Shown one piece after another: positions 1 to 8,964 of a stretch of DNA of 64,000 nt. The DNA lies in the sequence record PV764602.1. The stretch is one strand, 5' to 3'. The notes under the pieces were generated by a model, which ran no database searches, was not told the DNA's origin, and saw nothing but the letters and a program-made list of their open reading frames with translations. Within the stretch, counting starts at the first letter, position 1. Every line of letters starts with the position of its first letter. The translations under genes were made by a program, and so were the position numbers.

Positions 1-283
1 CTGGCGTTATCGTCCCGAGTTCTGGATGCCGCGTAGCGACATACTTTGCCGTAGCAAGGTTTACGTGCCCGACGCCGAAGTGCTTGCCTCCTGCGTCTGT
101 CGTTATCCTGCCCAGCGAGGACTCTCGGAAGACGAGTCCGGGCAGCATGTCCGAAACTCCATACTCCGCGCCAATCTGTGCAGACAGGTGCAGTACGGTT
201 TGCTGTTTCGGGGTAAGCTTTAGTGCCATCGCCTCTGACGCGAACGGCACAAACATAAGAAGCATAGCGAGAATGAAGCGCAT
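1..283 (-). CDS. Secreted lytic transglycosylase (SLT)-like protein, runs off the window's left edge
   Basis: Hand translation from ATG at 283: MRFILAMLLMFVPFASEAMALKLTPKQQ...LPGLVFRESSLG...HFGVGHVNLATAKYV. Signal peptide, ES catalytic motif and G-x-x-Q/H motif; GAGG SD. Not in the ORF track because it is incomplete. Confidence 0.6.
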   Translation of the reverse strand, partial: MRFILAMLLMFVPFASEAMALKLTPKQQTVLHLSAQIGAEYGVSDMLPGLVFRESSLGRITTDAGGKHFGVGHVNLATAKYVATRHPELGTITP

Positions 284-386
284 GTTAACCTCATGGGTGC
301 GGTGGCCCTGACTGTCCTTTATGTCCGGGTCACATTGTCTACTCAAGCTCCGCCGGTGTACGGCTGTAGAGGATTAATGGGAAGGG

Positions 387-719
387 TTAGAAGATGGTTA
401 CAGCAAGAACGGCCCACATGACTTTACACAACACATGCAAACCTTGATCCACGTTGATTCCGATTAAGCGTTCGCTCTTGAGAAAATCAATTGCGAAGTG
501 ACACGCAGTTTCCAGTACACCCAGCAGTGCGGAGCCTGTTATGAGAGCAACCGCACCACCATGAATCATGGCGTGTGCAGTCAGCGCATGCCACCAAGGC
601 ACGTGCTTGTCTCCAGTACGTCTACACTTGTTTGCTGCGATGAATGGTCCCTGTAATGGATAGTCGGCCAAGGCATGACCAACTATCAGGAAGAACAGAA
701 TGGATAGGAACTCGGTCAA
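387..719 (-). CDS. DUF3307-family membrane protein
   Basis: GHALADYPLQ, HAMIHG, HFAIDFLK and DQGLH motifs typical of DUF3307. Confidence 0.8.
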   Translation of the reverse strand: MTEFLSILFFLIVGHALADYPLQGPFIAANKCRRTGDKHVPWWHALTAHAMIHGGAVALITGSALLGVLETACHFAIDFLKSERLIGINVDQGLHVLCKVMWAVLAVTIF

Positions 720-1141
720 TCGTTGTCCTCGATTTCTTCGTCTTCATCGTCCGGATGAAGCTCCGAGAAGGTTCCGTCGGCGTTCTTGACTTGGGTAGGC
801 AACGCGGTAAGCAACTTACCTTCGTACCAATCGCCAATGCCCCGCCAGAAGCTGCCACCCTGACCAGTGTAGCTAGTTCCCGAATTCTTGCGGTAGCCCA
901 TGAACTCCAACACGTAGCTAAAGAAAGCACACAGCAGCGGCCACCAATAGGTAAGGTAGAACTCACCCATCTTGGCTTCGGGCTTCTGCACCTTGTAGAC
1001 CTTCATCTGCCAGCGCAAATGGGAGAAGGCGTTGGCCACTCCGATCACAAGAAGCTCAAACAGGAACAACAAAAGCAGGATGCCAAGTAGGCTCCATACC
1101 AACACACCTGTTCCGAAGAACAACGTTTTCATATAGCTCAC
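716..1141 (-). CDS. Hypothetical membrane protein with acidic tail
   Basis: ORF with two hydrophobic segments; overlaps both neighbours by 4 nt. Confidence 0.65.
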   Translation of the reverse strand: MSYMKTLFFGTGVLVWSLLGILLLLFLFELLVIGVANAFSHLRWQMKVYKVQKPEAKMGEFYLTYWWPLLCAFFSYVLEFMGYRKNSGTSYTGQGGSFWRGIGDWYEGKLLTALPTQVKNADGTFSELHPDDEDEEIEDND

Positions 1142-1680
1142 TCAACAACCTCCTGATTGGCTGGGTCTGGCGTCATGTCGTACCATTCATGCCCCTCGTA
1201 GAACGGAGCCACTCCGACCACACCGCCAACATCATCATGCAGGGAGGGTGCCACAGTATCTCCGAATTCCTTGGAAGCAACGTACCGCCATTTGCGCGGG
1301 AGGCCGGTATCGTGTTTGCCGGTAGGGTAGCAAAGCGAACGGCCTTGGTAAAAGAAGAAGCATTGATCGCCAATGCGAACACCGAGCTCGGCATTGTCGT
1401 TTACTACCCACTTGACTTCGCTGGCGAGGATTGCTTCGCGCGAAGACGGTCCAGCTGCCGAACGCATCATGCTGAGATACGATCGGAAGTCTACGATGTT
1501 GGTAACACTCACGCGCATCACTGAGCCATTAGGCCAGCCCACTAGGGCCTGCGGTGAGAATAGGACCACCTCCACGTAGTCATCGGTCACCGTCCATCCC
1601 GTAATGAAGATGGGATTAGGCGAACCATTCACTTCCTTGTTGTATGTCCTGATAGCTGCTTCAACTTCCGTTGCTTCCAT
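1138..1680 (-). CDS. Hypothetical phage protein
   Basis: 180-aa ORF in operon context; contains VKWVVNDNAELGVRIGDQCFFFY. Confidence 0.65.
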   Translation of the reverse strand: MEATEVEAAIRTYNKEVNGSPNPIFITGWTVTDDYVEVVLFSPQALVGWPNGSVMRVSVTNIVDFRSYLSMMRSAAGPSSREAILASEVKWVVNDNAELGVRIGDQCFFFYQGRSLCYPTGKHDTGLPRKWRYVASKEFGDTVAPSLHDDVGGVVGVAPFYEGHEWYDMTPDPANQEVVE

Positions 1681-1688
1681 ATCGCACC

Positions 1689-1961
1689 TTACAAAGTCCC
1701 TAGTTCTTTCCGACGCCGCAGTGCCCTACGTAGGTCTGCAACGTTTCCGTATTCTGCCGAATCTTCAATCATGCCGCTGACTTCGCGCAGCAGCGTGTAA
1801 CGCTGTGCAATCACGTCTGAGCGCACAAACCATCCGTTACTCAGAGTGAGCATGTTGTTCGTAACCGGGATGGCCGCTGCGTCCACGCCAAGGGTAGTGG
1901 CGAGCTTGCTGCGTACAATCTCAAGATCGGCCTCAAAGGTCTTGTTCGTGTTTGCTGCCAT
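1689..1961 (-). CDS. Hypothetical protein
   Basis: ATG at 1961 preceded by GGAGG SD. Confidence 0.6.
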   Translation of the reverse strand: MAANTNKTFEADLEIVRSKLATTLGVDAAAIPVTNNMLTLSNGWFVRSDVIAQRYTLLREVSGMIEDSAEYGNVADLRRALRRRKELGTL

Positions 1962-1984
1962 TTGATCCTCCAAGAAAAACTGAA

Positions 1985-2002
1985 AGGGCCCTCCGTGGCC
2001 CT
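1985..2002 (-). terminator. Terminator-like hairpin with ACGGAG hexaloop (CsrA-type site) after csrA
   Basis: Minus strand AGGGCC-ACGGAG-GGCCCT followed by TTCAGTTTTTCTT, 10 nt after the csrA stop. Confidence 0.7.
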
Positions 2003-2011
2003 ATCGGTGTA

Positions 2012-2248
2012 TCAGGTTGCTTCGCTTTCCGCACCCGAAGTGACTTCGGTTGGGCTAGTTGACTTGGCAAACGGCACGCCGCGCTGGATGCGTTCGTGGA
2101 CTTCCTGACGATTGACCGGGGTTTCCTTCGGTGCGTCAATACCGATTTTCACTTGATTGCCCTTGACACCAAGGATACGCACCGTAGACATATTCGAGCC
2201 GGTGCCAATCATGACTGCTTCACCAATGCGGCGAGTAAGAAGCAACAT
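2012..2248 (-). CDS. csrA: Carbon storage regulator CsrA/RsmA homologue
   Basis: [15 protein letters not shown]...[33 protein letters not shown] matches the CsrA consensus, including the Arg equivalent to E. coli R44. Confidence 0.95.
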   Translation of the reverse strand: MLLLTRRIGEAVMIGTGSNMSTVRILGVKGNQVKIGIDAPKETPVNRQEVHERIQRGVPFAKSTSPTEVTSGAESEAT

Positions 2249-2506
2249 TTTTTGTTTCTCCGTGAAAGTAGTGGGCGACTTTCTTGGTCAGCCCTAGTGA
2301 ATTGAAAAACGAATGAGACGTTCCGTGTTAGACCTAACCACGCATTCGATTGCTGTGTCCCTAGGTGGTGCTGCGCATAGGGCGCAGCTTGTCAGAGCGC
2401 ATATCCAACAAGCTGCGAGCGTCAGAGGGCTCCAATCGGATGCGTGTAGATCGTTAATCCTTACGTGTTTGAGTGGTTGCTTGCGCGTGATTCAATCAAG
2501 GTGCTG

Positions 2507-2866
2507 CTATACCTTATTTACAGTATCCGAGCTACCCATTTGAGCGAAAGCGGAACGCCAACTATCCATGCGTGCCTGCTTTTCTGGATCAAGGGGCAGG
2601 CTGTGATAGAAGGGGTCATGGTCCTTGACCGTCCTCCCTGTGATGGTCAGCATGGTCACGTCGTTCGACCGCACCGCACAAGAGCGCAGGCAACCGGGAC
2701 ATATGTGAACGTACTCCTGCCCGTGAGGCACATACAGCATCATCGGCGGTTCATGCTCAGGATGCTGGCACGGCTTCCACGCTTCCTGCACGGGGCGCAT
2801 GTGGGATTGGATTTTCTCTTCCAGTTCAGAGAAGTCCGTCTTGATGGTAAGCTGTTGCTTGTTCAT
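2507..2866 (-). CDS. Hypothetical protein with Cys/His motif
   Basis: ORF with CQHPEHEPP and HICPGC; start placed at MNKQQ. Confidence 0.55.
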   Translation of the reverse strand: MNKQQLTIKTDFSELEEKIQSHMRPVQEAWKPCQHPEHEPPMMLYVPHGQEYVHICPGCLRSCAVRSNDVTMLTITGRTVKDHDPFYHSLPLDPEKQARMDSWRSAFAQMGSSDTVNKV

Positions 2867-3069
2867 TGCTCGATCATCCCAAGTTCTTGGGCCCGAAGAA
2901 GAGCCACGTGTTTCGTGTTGGCTTCCCACAGGATCGAATCGGTCCGATGCTTGGCCACGTCGGGGTCATGGTTGAACTCGTTCATCAACGCCTGACCATA
3001 GCGCTGATGCTGCGGCTTGGTGCCGAAGAACTTCTTGTCGAAAGCGACCAGTGCGTTTGCGGAAATCAC
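2863..3069 (-). CDS. Hypothetical protein
   Basis: GTG at 3069 with GGAGG SD; 4-nt overlaps with neighbours. Confidence 0.55.
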   Translation of the reverse strand: MISANALVAFDKKFFGTKPQHQRYGQALMNEFNHDPDVAKHRTDSILWEANTKHVALLRAQELGMIEQ

Positions 3070-3428
3070 TTTGCCTCCATAGCATCGGCGAGGGTCAGGG
3101 TTGCGACATAGGGGACCGCAACCGTGGACATTGCGATGAACTCCCAATCACCCATCGGATCAGGCGGTACGAAATGCGCGTCCTTGACCTGAACTCCCTT
3201 GCTTTCCAGATAGCGGAGCACTTCGTTGCGCCAGTCTTCATTTGCCATCCACTCCCACCCACCTAGGTCCGTATTGCGACGGGGCAGGCGATAGAAGCGT
3301 ACCACGCGATCCTGCTGTGCAGCTTCGGCAACCAGCGAGACGAAACGCTCGGCTGCCTCGAAGCCAGTCTCAGTGGGCACAGCACGGCCGATGATGGGAA
3401 GGGAGCGAAGGGTGGCGATCAGTTTCAT
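3066..3428 (-). CDS. Hypothetical protein
   Basis: ATG at 3428 with AAGGAG SD. Confidence 0.6.
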   Translation of the reverse strand: MKLIATLRSLPIIGRAVPTETGFEAAERFVSLVAEAAQQDRVVRFYRLPRRNTDLGGWEWMANEDWRNEVLRYLESKGVQVKDAHFVPPDPMGDWEFIAMSTVAVPYVATLTLADAMEAK

Positions 3429-3633
3429 TCGGTTCTCCTTGATCGGGCGCATGACCCGACAATTCCTGAGTCAGTAGATTGGCCAGCGCGGCCATGTGTT
3501 GTTGAATGATGCTTTGCTGCTCACGTTTCTGCTCGGTGGGAGAAAGAGCGGACAACTCGATCCGCTTCTTCCAGAGCGCCGCGTTACACTCACGTGCAAC
3601 TCGACCAACGTGTTCCCGCGTTTTCTTATTCAC
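3370..3633 (-). CDS. Hypothetical protein
   Basis: ORF track; operon context, overlaps the next gene. Confidence 0.5.
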   Translation of the reverse strand: MNKKTREHVGRVARECNAALWKKRIELSALSPTEQKREQQSIIQQHMAALANLLTQELSGHAPDQGEPNETDRHPSLPSHHRPCCAH

Positions 3634-3884
3634 TTTGCGCGTCTGCGCCTCCGTGCTAGCCGGGCATTCCTATAGTGCTGATAACCCGGAATCAAAACAA
3701 AGGGTATTGCGACAATGAAGCCTCCCGCCAGAAGCAGCAGGAGGGCAACACCTAGGACCGTGATGTGGCCCTCCATGCCAGTGGCGATCCACATTCCTAC
3801 CAACCCAATACCAAGGAAGGCGTACAACGTGACGAGGCTGTTAACCCCGCGTGCTTCATGCAACAACAGGAATCGCAGGAACAT
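3630..3884 (-). CDS. Small two-TM membrane protein
   Basis: Two hydrophobic helices and a basic C-terminal tail. Confidence 0.6.
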   Translation of the reverse strand: MFLRFLLLHEARGVNSLVTLYAFLGIGLVGMWIATGMEGHITVLGVALLLLLAGGFIVAIPFVLIPGYQHYRNARLARRRRRAK

Positions 3885-3893
3885 AACCGCTCC

Positions 3894-4169
3894 TTACATT
3901 TGAATGGTGGCCTCGCCGTAGTGGCGACCACGCACCGGGAAATTACTGACGCCAGTGACGCCAATACTCTTGAGGACAACGCTGATGCGTCCCGCTTCTG
4001 CCGGGGTCAGCTTGGTAGCTGCCAGCAGCTTAGTCATTTCCGGCGACTGGAAATGGTGACTCAGGCCATACTTCGGATCGTCACGCAACGCGATGGCTGC
4101 ACGTTGCAGACTGAGGGCGTTGGCTTTGTGCAGGGGATTGATACCCACCGCGTTGACGGTCTTGCTCAT
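3894..4169 (-). CDS. Hypothetical protein
   Basis: ORF track, start placed at MSKTV. Confidence 0.5.
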   Translation of the reverse strand: MSKTVNAVGINPLHKANALSLQRAAIALRDDPKYGLSHHFQSPEMTKLLAATKLTPAEAGRISVVLKSIGVTGVSNFPVRGRHYGEATIQM

Positions 4170-4186
4170 TCGTCGAACTACTCCGG

Positions 4187-4702
4187 TTAGTTGAGCGCGA
4201 GGTCGCGTTCTTTGGTCTTGTATGCGCACATGATTGCACGCGTGTTCATGTAGTCAGGATCGGACATCTGCTCACCAGTCGTCTGACCGTTCCACATAAT
4301 GTCGAAGATGCAGCCGCAGAAGATGTTCGGCATCGTGCGAGCTTCTACCAGCACTTCCTCATCATCGAAGCCCATGCCTTCCGACGCCTTCAAGTCAGGG
4401 ACGCACTGTGCAATGAAGTGCGCCCGACGTTCGTCTTTCGACGGTGCCACGAACTCGGGCAGCGGCTTGCGCGGCGTACCTTCTTGGATGGATTTCTCAA
4501 TGTCCTCCATGAGGACTTCGGAGGTCGTCTTCTCCGTGACCCCTTGCGGCGGCTTGGACTCGATGGTCGGAGGGGCGGAAGGGATGGCGCTGGCGGACGG
4601 AGGCTGCGGCCCGAAGAAGTACAGGGCAGCCAGCACGATGACAGCGATCAGGAGAGGGTAAACAAGCCAGCCCGGCGGCTGGAACTTGGACTTCTTTTCC
4701 AT
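4187..4702 (-). CDS. Membrane-anchored protein with Pro-rich linker and 4-Cys domain
   Basis: N-terminal TM segment; AQC, FCGC and MC cysteines; AAGGA SD. Confidence 0.65.
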   Translation of the reverse strand: MEKKSKFQPPGWLVYPLLIAVIVLAALYFFGPQPPSASAIPSAPPTIESKPPQGVTEKTTSEVLMEDIEKSIQEGTPRKPLPEFVAPSKDERRAHFIAQCVPDLKASEGMGFDDEEVLVEARTMPNIFCGCIFDIMWNGQTTGEQMSDPDYMNTRAIMCAYKTKERDLALN

Positions 4703-4742
4703 GACAGATTCCTTTTGGTTGGCGACCTATGAAATTAGGTCA

Positions 4743-5228
4743 TTACGTGATTTCGAGGCCAAGGCAAGCGAAGGTCAACTCACCGATGAATTTACCGCCT
4801 GCACACTCCAGTCGGACGAAAGAGCCTAGCGGCACCATCTTGGACCGAGCGTATGCCTTCTGTTCAGCGAGATACAGGACACCAACGACACCGTTCTTGT
4901 AGTCCGAACGGGCGGAGGAAGACAGGTCGGAAATGTAGAACGTGGTGCTGCCGTCCTTGTTATCGGTGACGCGATCCAGCACGCCTGCGATCAACAGCTG
5001 CTGGTTCTCGAATTCGCCGAGGCGGTGGGGTTCATACACCCGAGCTTGGTAGATGCCAAGAGGCAGGGTTTCCTTGAACCCCTTGGCATTCCACTCGGCC
5101 CTGCTGATGATGGTGTTGACCTCGTTGTCATTGGAAGCGGCTTGGCCGTTCCCCGAACACGCCGCGAACAGTGCGGTCAGGGTGGCGATGACGATGGCAC
5201 GGAACGAAGCGCTCAGATACTTGTGCAT
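4743..5228 (-). CDS. Lipoprotein, possibly OB-fold (tRNA_anti-like)
   Basis: Signal peptide with FAAC lipobox; LLIAGVLDRV strand pattern; CAAGGA SD. Confidence 0.5.
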   Translation of the reverse strand: MHKYLSASFRAIVIATLTALFAACSGNGQAASNDNEVNTIISRAEWNAKGFKETLPLGIYQARVYEPHRLGEFENQQLLIAGVLDRVTDNKDGSTTFYISDLSSSARSDYKNGVVGVLYLAEQKAYARSKMVPLGSFVRLECAGGKFIGELTFACLGLEIT

Positions 5229-5251
5229 GGTGAACTTCCTTGACGGTTGAG

Positions 5252-5653
5252 TTAGTGCTTGCAGGAACAGGAGTTGTTGTGCCGGTGCACGTGCCACGCA
5301 CGCATGTTGACGATGTGCGCAATGATGAGTGCTACACCGAACACCACCATTGGGATCGCGTGCAGCCATTCGGACTGGTCAAACCAGTCGTGCCAGATGA
5401 TTGAGGCACTCATGGCAACCGCAGCGAGGAACATCCACTTCCACGAATGCGGATCACGATGACGCCATGTGCCAATCGCTAGCGTGGCGGCAGCGAACGC
5501 AAACGTACCGAGCAGCAGGTAGGTGTGGATGATTTCTTCGCCTTGGACGAATCCAAAGAAGGAAACGCCGAAGAACGCGAGGACAGGAACAGCGGCGCAG
5601 TGCACAGCGCACAGAGCCGATGCAGAGATACCGAGGCGGTCAAGAATTTTCAT
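5252..5653 (-). CDS. MerC-family membrane metal-transport protein with His/Cys tail
   Basis: LDRLGISASALCAVHCAAVP N-terminal signature, four TM segments, C-terminal HVHRHNNSCSCKH. Confidence 0.8.
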   Translation of the reverse strand: MKILDRLGISASALCAVHCAAVPVLAFFGVSFFGFVQGEEIIHTYLLLGTFAFAAATLAIGTWRHRDPHSWKWMFLAAVAMSASIIWHDWFDQSEWLHAIPMVVFGVALIIAHIVNMRAWHVHRHNNSCSCKH

Positions 5654-5654
5654 G

Positions 5655-6050
5655 TTAGGCCCTCAGAGCGAAGTTGTCGTCGTGAGCGCAGTCACCGATT
5701 TCTTCCTCGTAGAAGCGAAGGCCCTTGGCAGTCAGCTTGTAGTACACGTCGGTACCACGGCGAGTCTCGATCAGCACCGAACGGAACAGGCCCTGACGAA
5801 GTGCCCACGCCATCGTGTCGGTGTTGATCGCGTCGCCAACATTGAGGATACGTGTGGGCCGACCATCTTCCAGCATGCCGATGCGGTAGCTGTAGATCGG
5901 ACGTTCAATGGGCCAGCCGCCCTTGGTGTGACCAATCACCTCGTTGCGTTCCAGCTGCGGGAACAGGATGCGTTGCGCAGTGTTGACCATGATGGAAGAC
6001 AGCACAGCGGTGATGGCGGCGGTGGATTCTGCGGCAGTGCGACGATTCAT
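5655..6050 (-). CDS. Hypothetical protein
   Basis: ORF with AAGGA SD. Confidence 0.55.
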   Translation of the reverse strand: MNRRTAAESTAAITAVLSSIMVNTAQRILFPQLERNEVIGHTKGGWPIERPIYSYRIGMLEDGRPTRILNVGDAINTDTMAWALRQGLFRSVLIETRRGTDVYYKLTAKGLRFYEEEIGDCAHDDNFALRA

Positions 6051-6092
6051 TTCCAGCTTCCTTGGTTGAAGATATTGAGATACAGGCGCTAC

Positions 6093-6425
6093 TCACTCGG
6101 AGTAGATGGTAGGGCGTTTGGTTTGCTTGCTCTTGAGTTCGCCAGTGAGGGAGCGAAGACGCTCCCACGTGATCGGTCCAGCCATGCCCTTCGCTTTCTT
6201 GAAAGCAGTACGCACGAATCGGTCTTCGCAGTCGAGGCGTTGAGCCATATCGGCGTAGCTGACGTTCTCGCCCTCGATCAAGTAACGATCAATCTTGACC
6301 GGGCGCTTCTTGGCAAAGTCACGCTGCGTTGCAATGTGGAAGCCTTGCATCGTAGGTGCTTTGTCGGGTTTGCTAAGGGGATCGTATGATCCCCGTTTGA
6401 TGAGGTGACTCACAGCTTTTTCCAT
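6093..6425 (-). CDS. Hypothetical basic protein, possible HTH
   Basis: VSYADMAQRLDCEDRFVRTAF is HTH-like. Confidence 0.45.
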   Translation of the reverse strand: MEKAVSHLIKRGSYDPLSKPDKAPTMQGFHIATQRDFAKKRPVKIDRYLIEGENVSYADMAQRLDCEDRFVRTAFKKAKGMAGPITWERLRSLTGELKSKQTKRPTIYSE

Positions 6426-7198
6426 TCCTCGTAGGTCATGACTTGCGTGACGTAGCCCGGCCACGTCTTTTCAGTGGCGACGTTGAGGGCAGTTTCGTGC
6501 AAGTCGAACAACCACGGCTCAACATCGCCGAAGTCCTTACCGAAGTGTTCGATCTGGCCATAGGTGCCCGCGTATCGACCCGGCTCCCCATTCTCCAGTG
6601 CGACACGACGGATGATGCACCAGCGCGTAGGTTCGATGAAGGGTATACCCTCAGCTTCGGCCATGCCCTTCGCTTCTTCGACCGCTTCCTTAGCGGTGGC
6701 GTAACTGCCGAACCCGGTGTTGAACGGTTCATGCAGTCCCTCTTCATTTACAATGATGATGACGGCGAAGAAGCCCCGAATGCCGTGCGTCACAGTTGCA
6801 TATGCAGTGATGGGCGGTTCGTAGTCCGGGTAGTGCTCCTTCAACGCCTCAGCAATCGTGGCTTCGGTGTCGAACGTGTTGCTCAGTTCCTTCGGCAGTT
6901 CGTAGAACGTGGAGTAATCATGGTCATCCATGAAGCCCCCGAACTCGCGCGCATGGTCATCGTTGAGGATGATGAAGCGACCGACCAGTTCGTACTTGAG
7001 CTTGAGGACAGTGTGCACACCATTCTCAGCGTATTGCGATCGGACAGTGCTTGCACCCTTTCGCTCACGATCGGCTTGTTCTTCCGCAGCCTTGGCCGTG
7101 CGGTACAGGCCCGAGCAGTAGTCCTCGTAGTTGCAGCAGGTGCAGCCGGTGCCGTGGTGGATGGTGTAGCAGAAACCGACGGGTGCATGCTTGCTCAT
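6410..7198 (-). CDS. Hypothetical protein
   Basis: 262-aa ORF with GCTCC motif. Confidence 0.6.
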   Translation of the reverse strand: MSKHAPVGFCYTIHHGTGCTCCNYEDYCSGLYRTAKAAEEQADRERKGASTVRSQYAENGVHTVLKLKYELVGRFIILNDDHAREFGGFMDDHDYSTFYELPKELSNTFDTEATIAEALKEHYPDYEPPITAYATVTHGIRGFFAVIIIVNEEGLHEPFNTGFGSYATAKEAVEEAKGMAEAEGIPFIEPTRWCIIRRVALENGEPGRYAGTYGQIEHFGKDFGDVEPWLFDLHETALNVATEKTWPGYVTQVMTYEEWKKL

Positions 7199-7506
7199 GT
7201 TTCATCCTCAGTGCTGTAGGTGCGCCATGCGCTTTCGCGGGCGGGTGCGTAACGCAGATGCTTGACGGCGTAACGGTTTCCGTAGTGATCCGTCTTCCAC
7301 TCATCGGTGAACCCGATTTCACGAACCGCTGCTTGGTAGGTGTCCGGATCGTCCTCGTAGTAACCGTTGGTGTTGTCGATGCTGTGCCAGTGGGCAAACT
7401 TGCCACCGCACACGTTGCACTTGTTGGGATAGCTCGCGTTGTGCGTGTCCCAAATCATGTGGTGCCCGTTTTCGCACAGGCGTTCTTCACTTCCTCGATA
7501 GCCCAC
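7195..7506 (-). CDS. Hypothetical Zn-ribbon-like protein
   Basis: CENGH and CNVCG motifs. Confidence 0.55.
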   Translation of the reverse strand: MGYRGSEERLCENGHHMIWDTHNASYPNKCNVCGGKFAHWHSIDNTNGYYEDDPDTYQAAVREIGFTDEWKTDHYGNRYAVKHLRYAPARESAWRTYSTEDET

Positions 7507-7507
7507 G

Positions 7508-8077
7508 TCACTTCCTCTTGGCGTAGTAGCGATGCCCCTTGTGGGGGAATGCGTTGTGGCCGAACGGATGGATGGTGTCCAACTCGTAGCCGGAACTATG
7601 GCGATAGATGCGCGTCGTTTCGTGTGTCGAAGTGGTTTTCGTTACGCGGTCCACATACACACGTTGATCGTCCATCAATGCCTCGCGCACGATCTGGCGC
7701 ACTTGACGCAACGTGCGAACCTTGCGGTCGATGAGGATTTCACCGAAGACTTCATACACGCGACGGCGCTTGTACTTCGGACGGTTTCGGCTGAACGATA
7801 CTGCTTCCTTGAACGCTGCTTTCAACAGCGCGACCGAATCGCCGTGATGCTCCTGCGGCGACCAAAACTCAATGAAGCACCACCCGCCCTTCTCATCATA
7901 GCTTTGCAGGAAGGCGTGCGACTTTCGGTGCGCCTTGTAGTGAGGGCTCTCAATCCAGTTGTCCGTGACACTGGAACGAAGGGCAACCATTTGCTCCGGC
8001 GTGCCGTTCTCAACGACGACGCCCCAATTCTTGTCAGCGAACGGCTTGCAGTAGGTGAAGGTCGGGCGACGGCTCAT
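7508..8077 (-). CDS. Hypothetical protein
   Basis: ORF track, start placed at MSRRPT. Confidence 0.55.
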   Translation of the reverse strand: MSRRPTFTYCKPFADKNWGVVVENGTPEQMVALRSSVTDNWIESPHYKAHRKSHAFLQSYDEKGGWCFIEFWSPQEHHGDSVALLKAAFKEAVSFSRNRPKYKRRRVYEVFGEILIDRKVRTLRQVRQIVREALMDDQRVYVDRVTKTTSTHETTRIYRHSSGYELDTIHPFGHNAFPHKGHRYYAKRK

Positions 8078-8298
8078 CCTGTGAAACTCCTTTTCATCAA
8101 ATCGCGTGGGTTCGGATACTGCTGTTTCAACTTGTGCGTTCGCATAGCATCCCGATCCTGCCGGATGAGTTGCTTCGCTTTGTCTTTCACCGTCAGCTGC
8201 CAATCGCCCGCCGCACGCAACCCACCTTTCACGCTCAGGGATCGCAGCAGGGATTGTGTGGCGTTGGTGTTGGTGATTGCAACGATGGGGAGGATCAT
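8074..8298 (-). CDS. Hypothetical protein
   Basis: Start MILPIV with GAGGGA SD. Confidence 0.45.
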   Translation of the reverse strand: MILPIVAITNTNATQSLLRSLSVKGGLRAAGDWQLTVKDKAKQLIRQDRDAMRTHKLKQQYPNPRDLMKRSFTG

Positions 8299-8678
8299 TT
8301 TGTATCCCTCGGATAGTGGTAACCGAAGAACCACACCGGGTAGCCATTGGACTGGTTGGTGTAGTGAGTGATCTTGGTCAGTACGAGTTCGGGCTGATCG
8401 AAATACAACCGCAGGAACTCTTCGATTTGGGCCGGAGTGCGCTGCGGGCTATAGAAATACTGACCCGAGTTGCCCCACACTTTCTTAGCGCAACGGTCGA
8501 ACTTGCTGCTATCCCACGAGAACATGCGGTCACTATATGCGCCGCTGTTGAGGTGGGTTTCCAAAACGTCCACGTGATTCTGGAATTGAACACGGCCACC
8601 GAATTCATCGGTAAGCTCTTGGAACTGACCATCCACGAAGACGAAGGTGCGGTGGCCGAACTGATTATCCAGCGACAT
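8295..8678 (-). CDS. Hypothetical phage protein
   Basis: 127-aa ORF; 4-nt overlap with next gene. Confidence 0.6.
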   Translation of the reverse strand: MSLDNQFGHRTFVFVDGQFQELTDEFGGRVQFQNHVDVLETHLNSGAYSDRMFSWDSSKFDRCAKKVWGNSGQYFYSPQRTPAQIEEFLRLYFDQPELVLTKITHYTNQSNGYPVWFFGYHYPRDTK

Positions 8679-8964
8679 AGTGCTTCCCCTTTAGGGCCTT
8701 GAATACGTATTCGTTGATGTGAACGAACTGGAAACAAGCAGCGACGCACGCAGCAACGAGGAAACACAGGGCTAACACAAGCTTGCCCTTGCCAGCCAAC
8801 GCCACACACCAGCACGCATAGGTCAACACGGTTACGATATTGAGATTTATCTCCACCCTATCTCGTTGGTAGCACCAGCCAAAGTAAAGCAGAACGTCCC
8901 ACATGTTGTAGAAGATGTACGCCCGGTCACCGTGGATATACATGCGATCACTCCATCGCATCAA
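8665..8964 (-). CDS. Small membrane protein
   Basis: Hydrophobic C-terminal half. Confidence 0.5.
   Translation of the reverse strand: MMRWSDRMYIHGDRAYIFYNMWDVLLYFGWCYQRDRVEINLNIVTVLTYACWCVALAGKGKLVLALCFLVAACVAACFQFVHINEYVFKALKGKHYVAG

Noticed and set aside
5252-5653. Mercury-resistance operon or transposon
   Set aside because: No merR, merA, merT, merP or transposase nearby
5234-6065. CAAGGAAG matches at ordinary Shine-Dalgarno sites (5234-5243, ~6057-6065) as CsrA-regulon evidence
   Set aside because: AAGGA is expected in any SD and these are not in stable hairpin loops, so they were not counted
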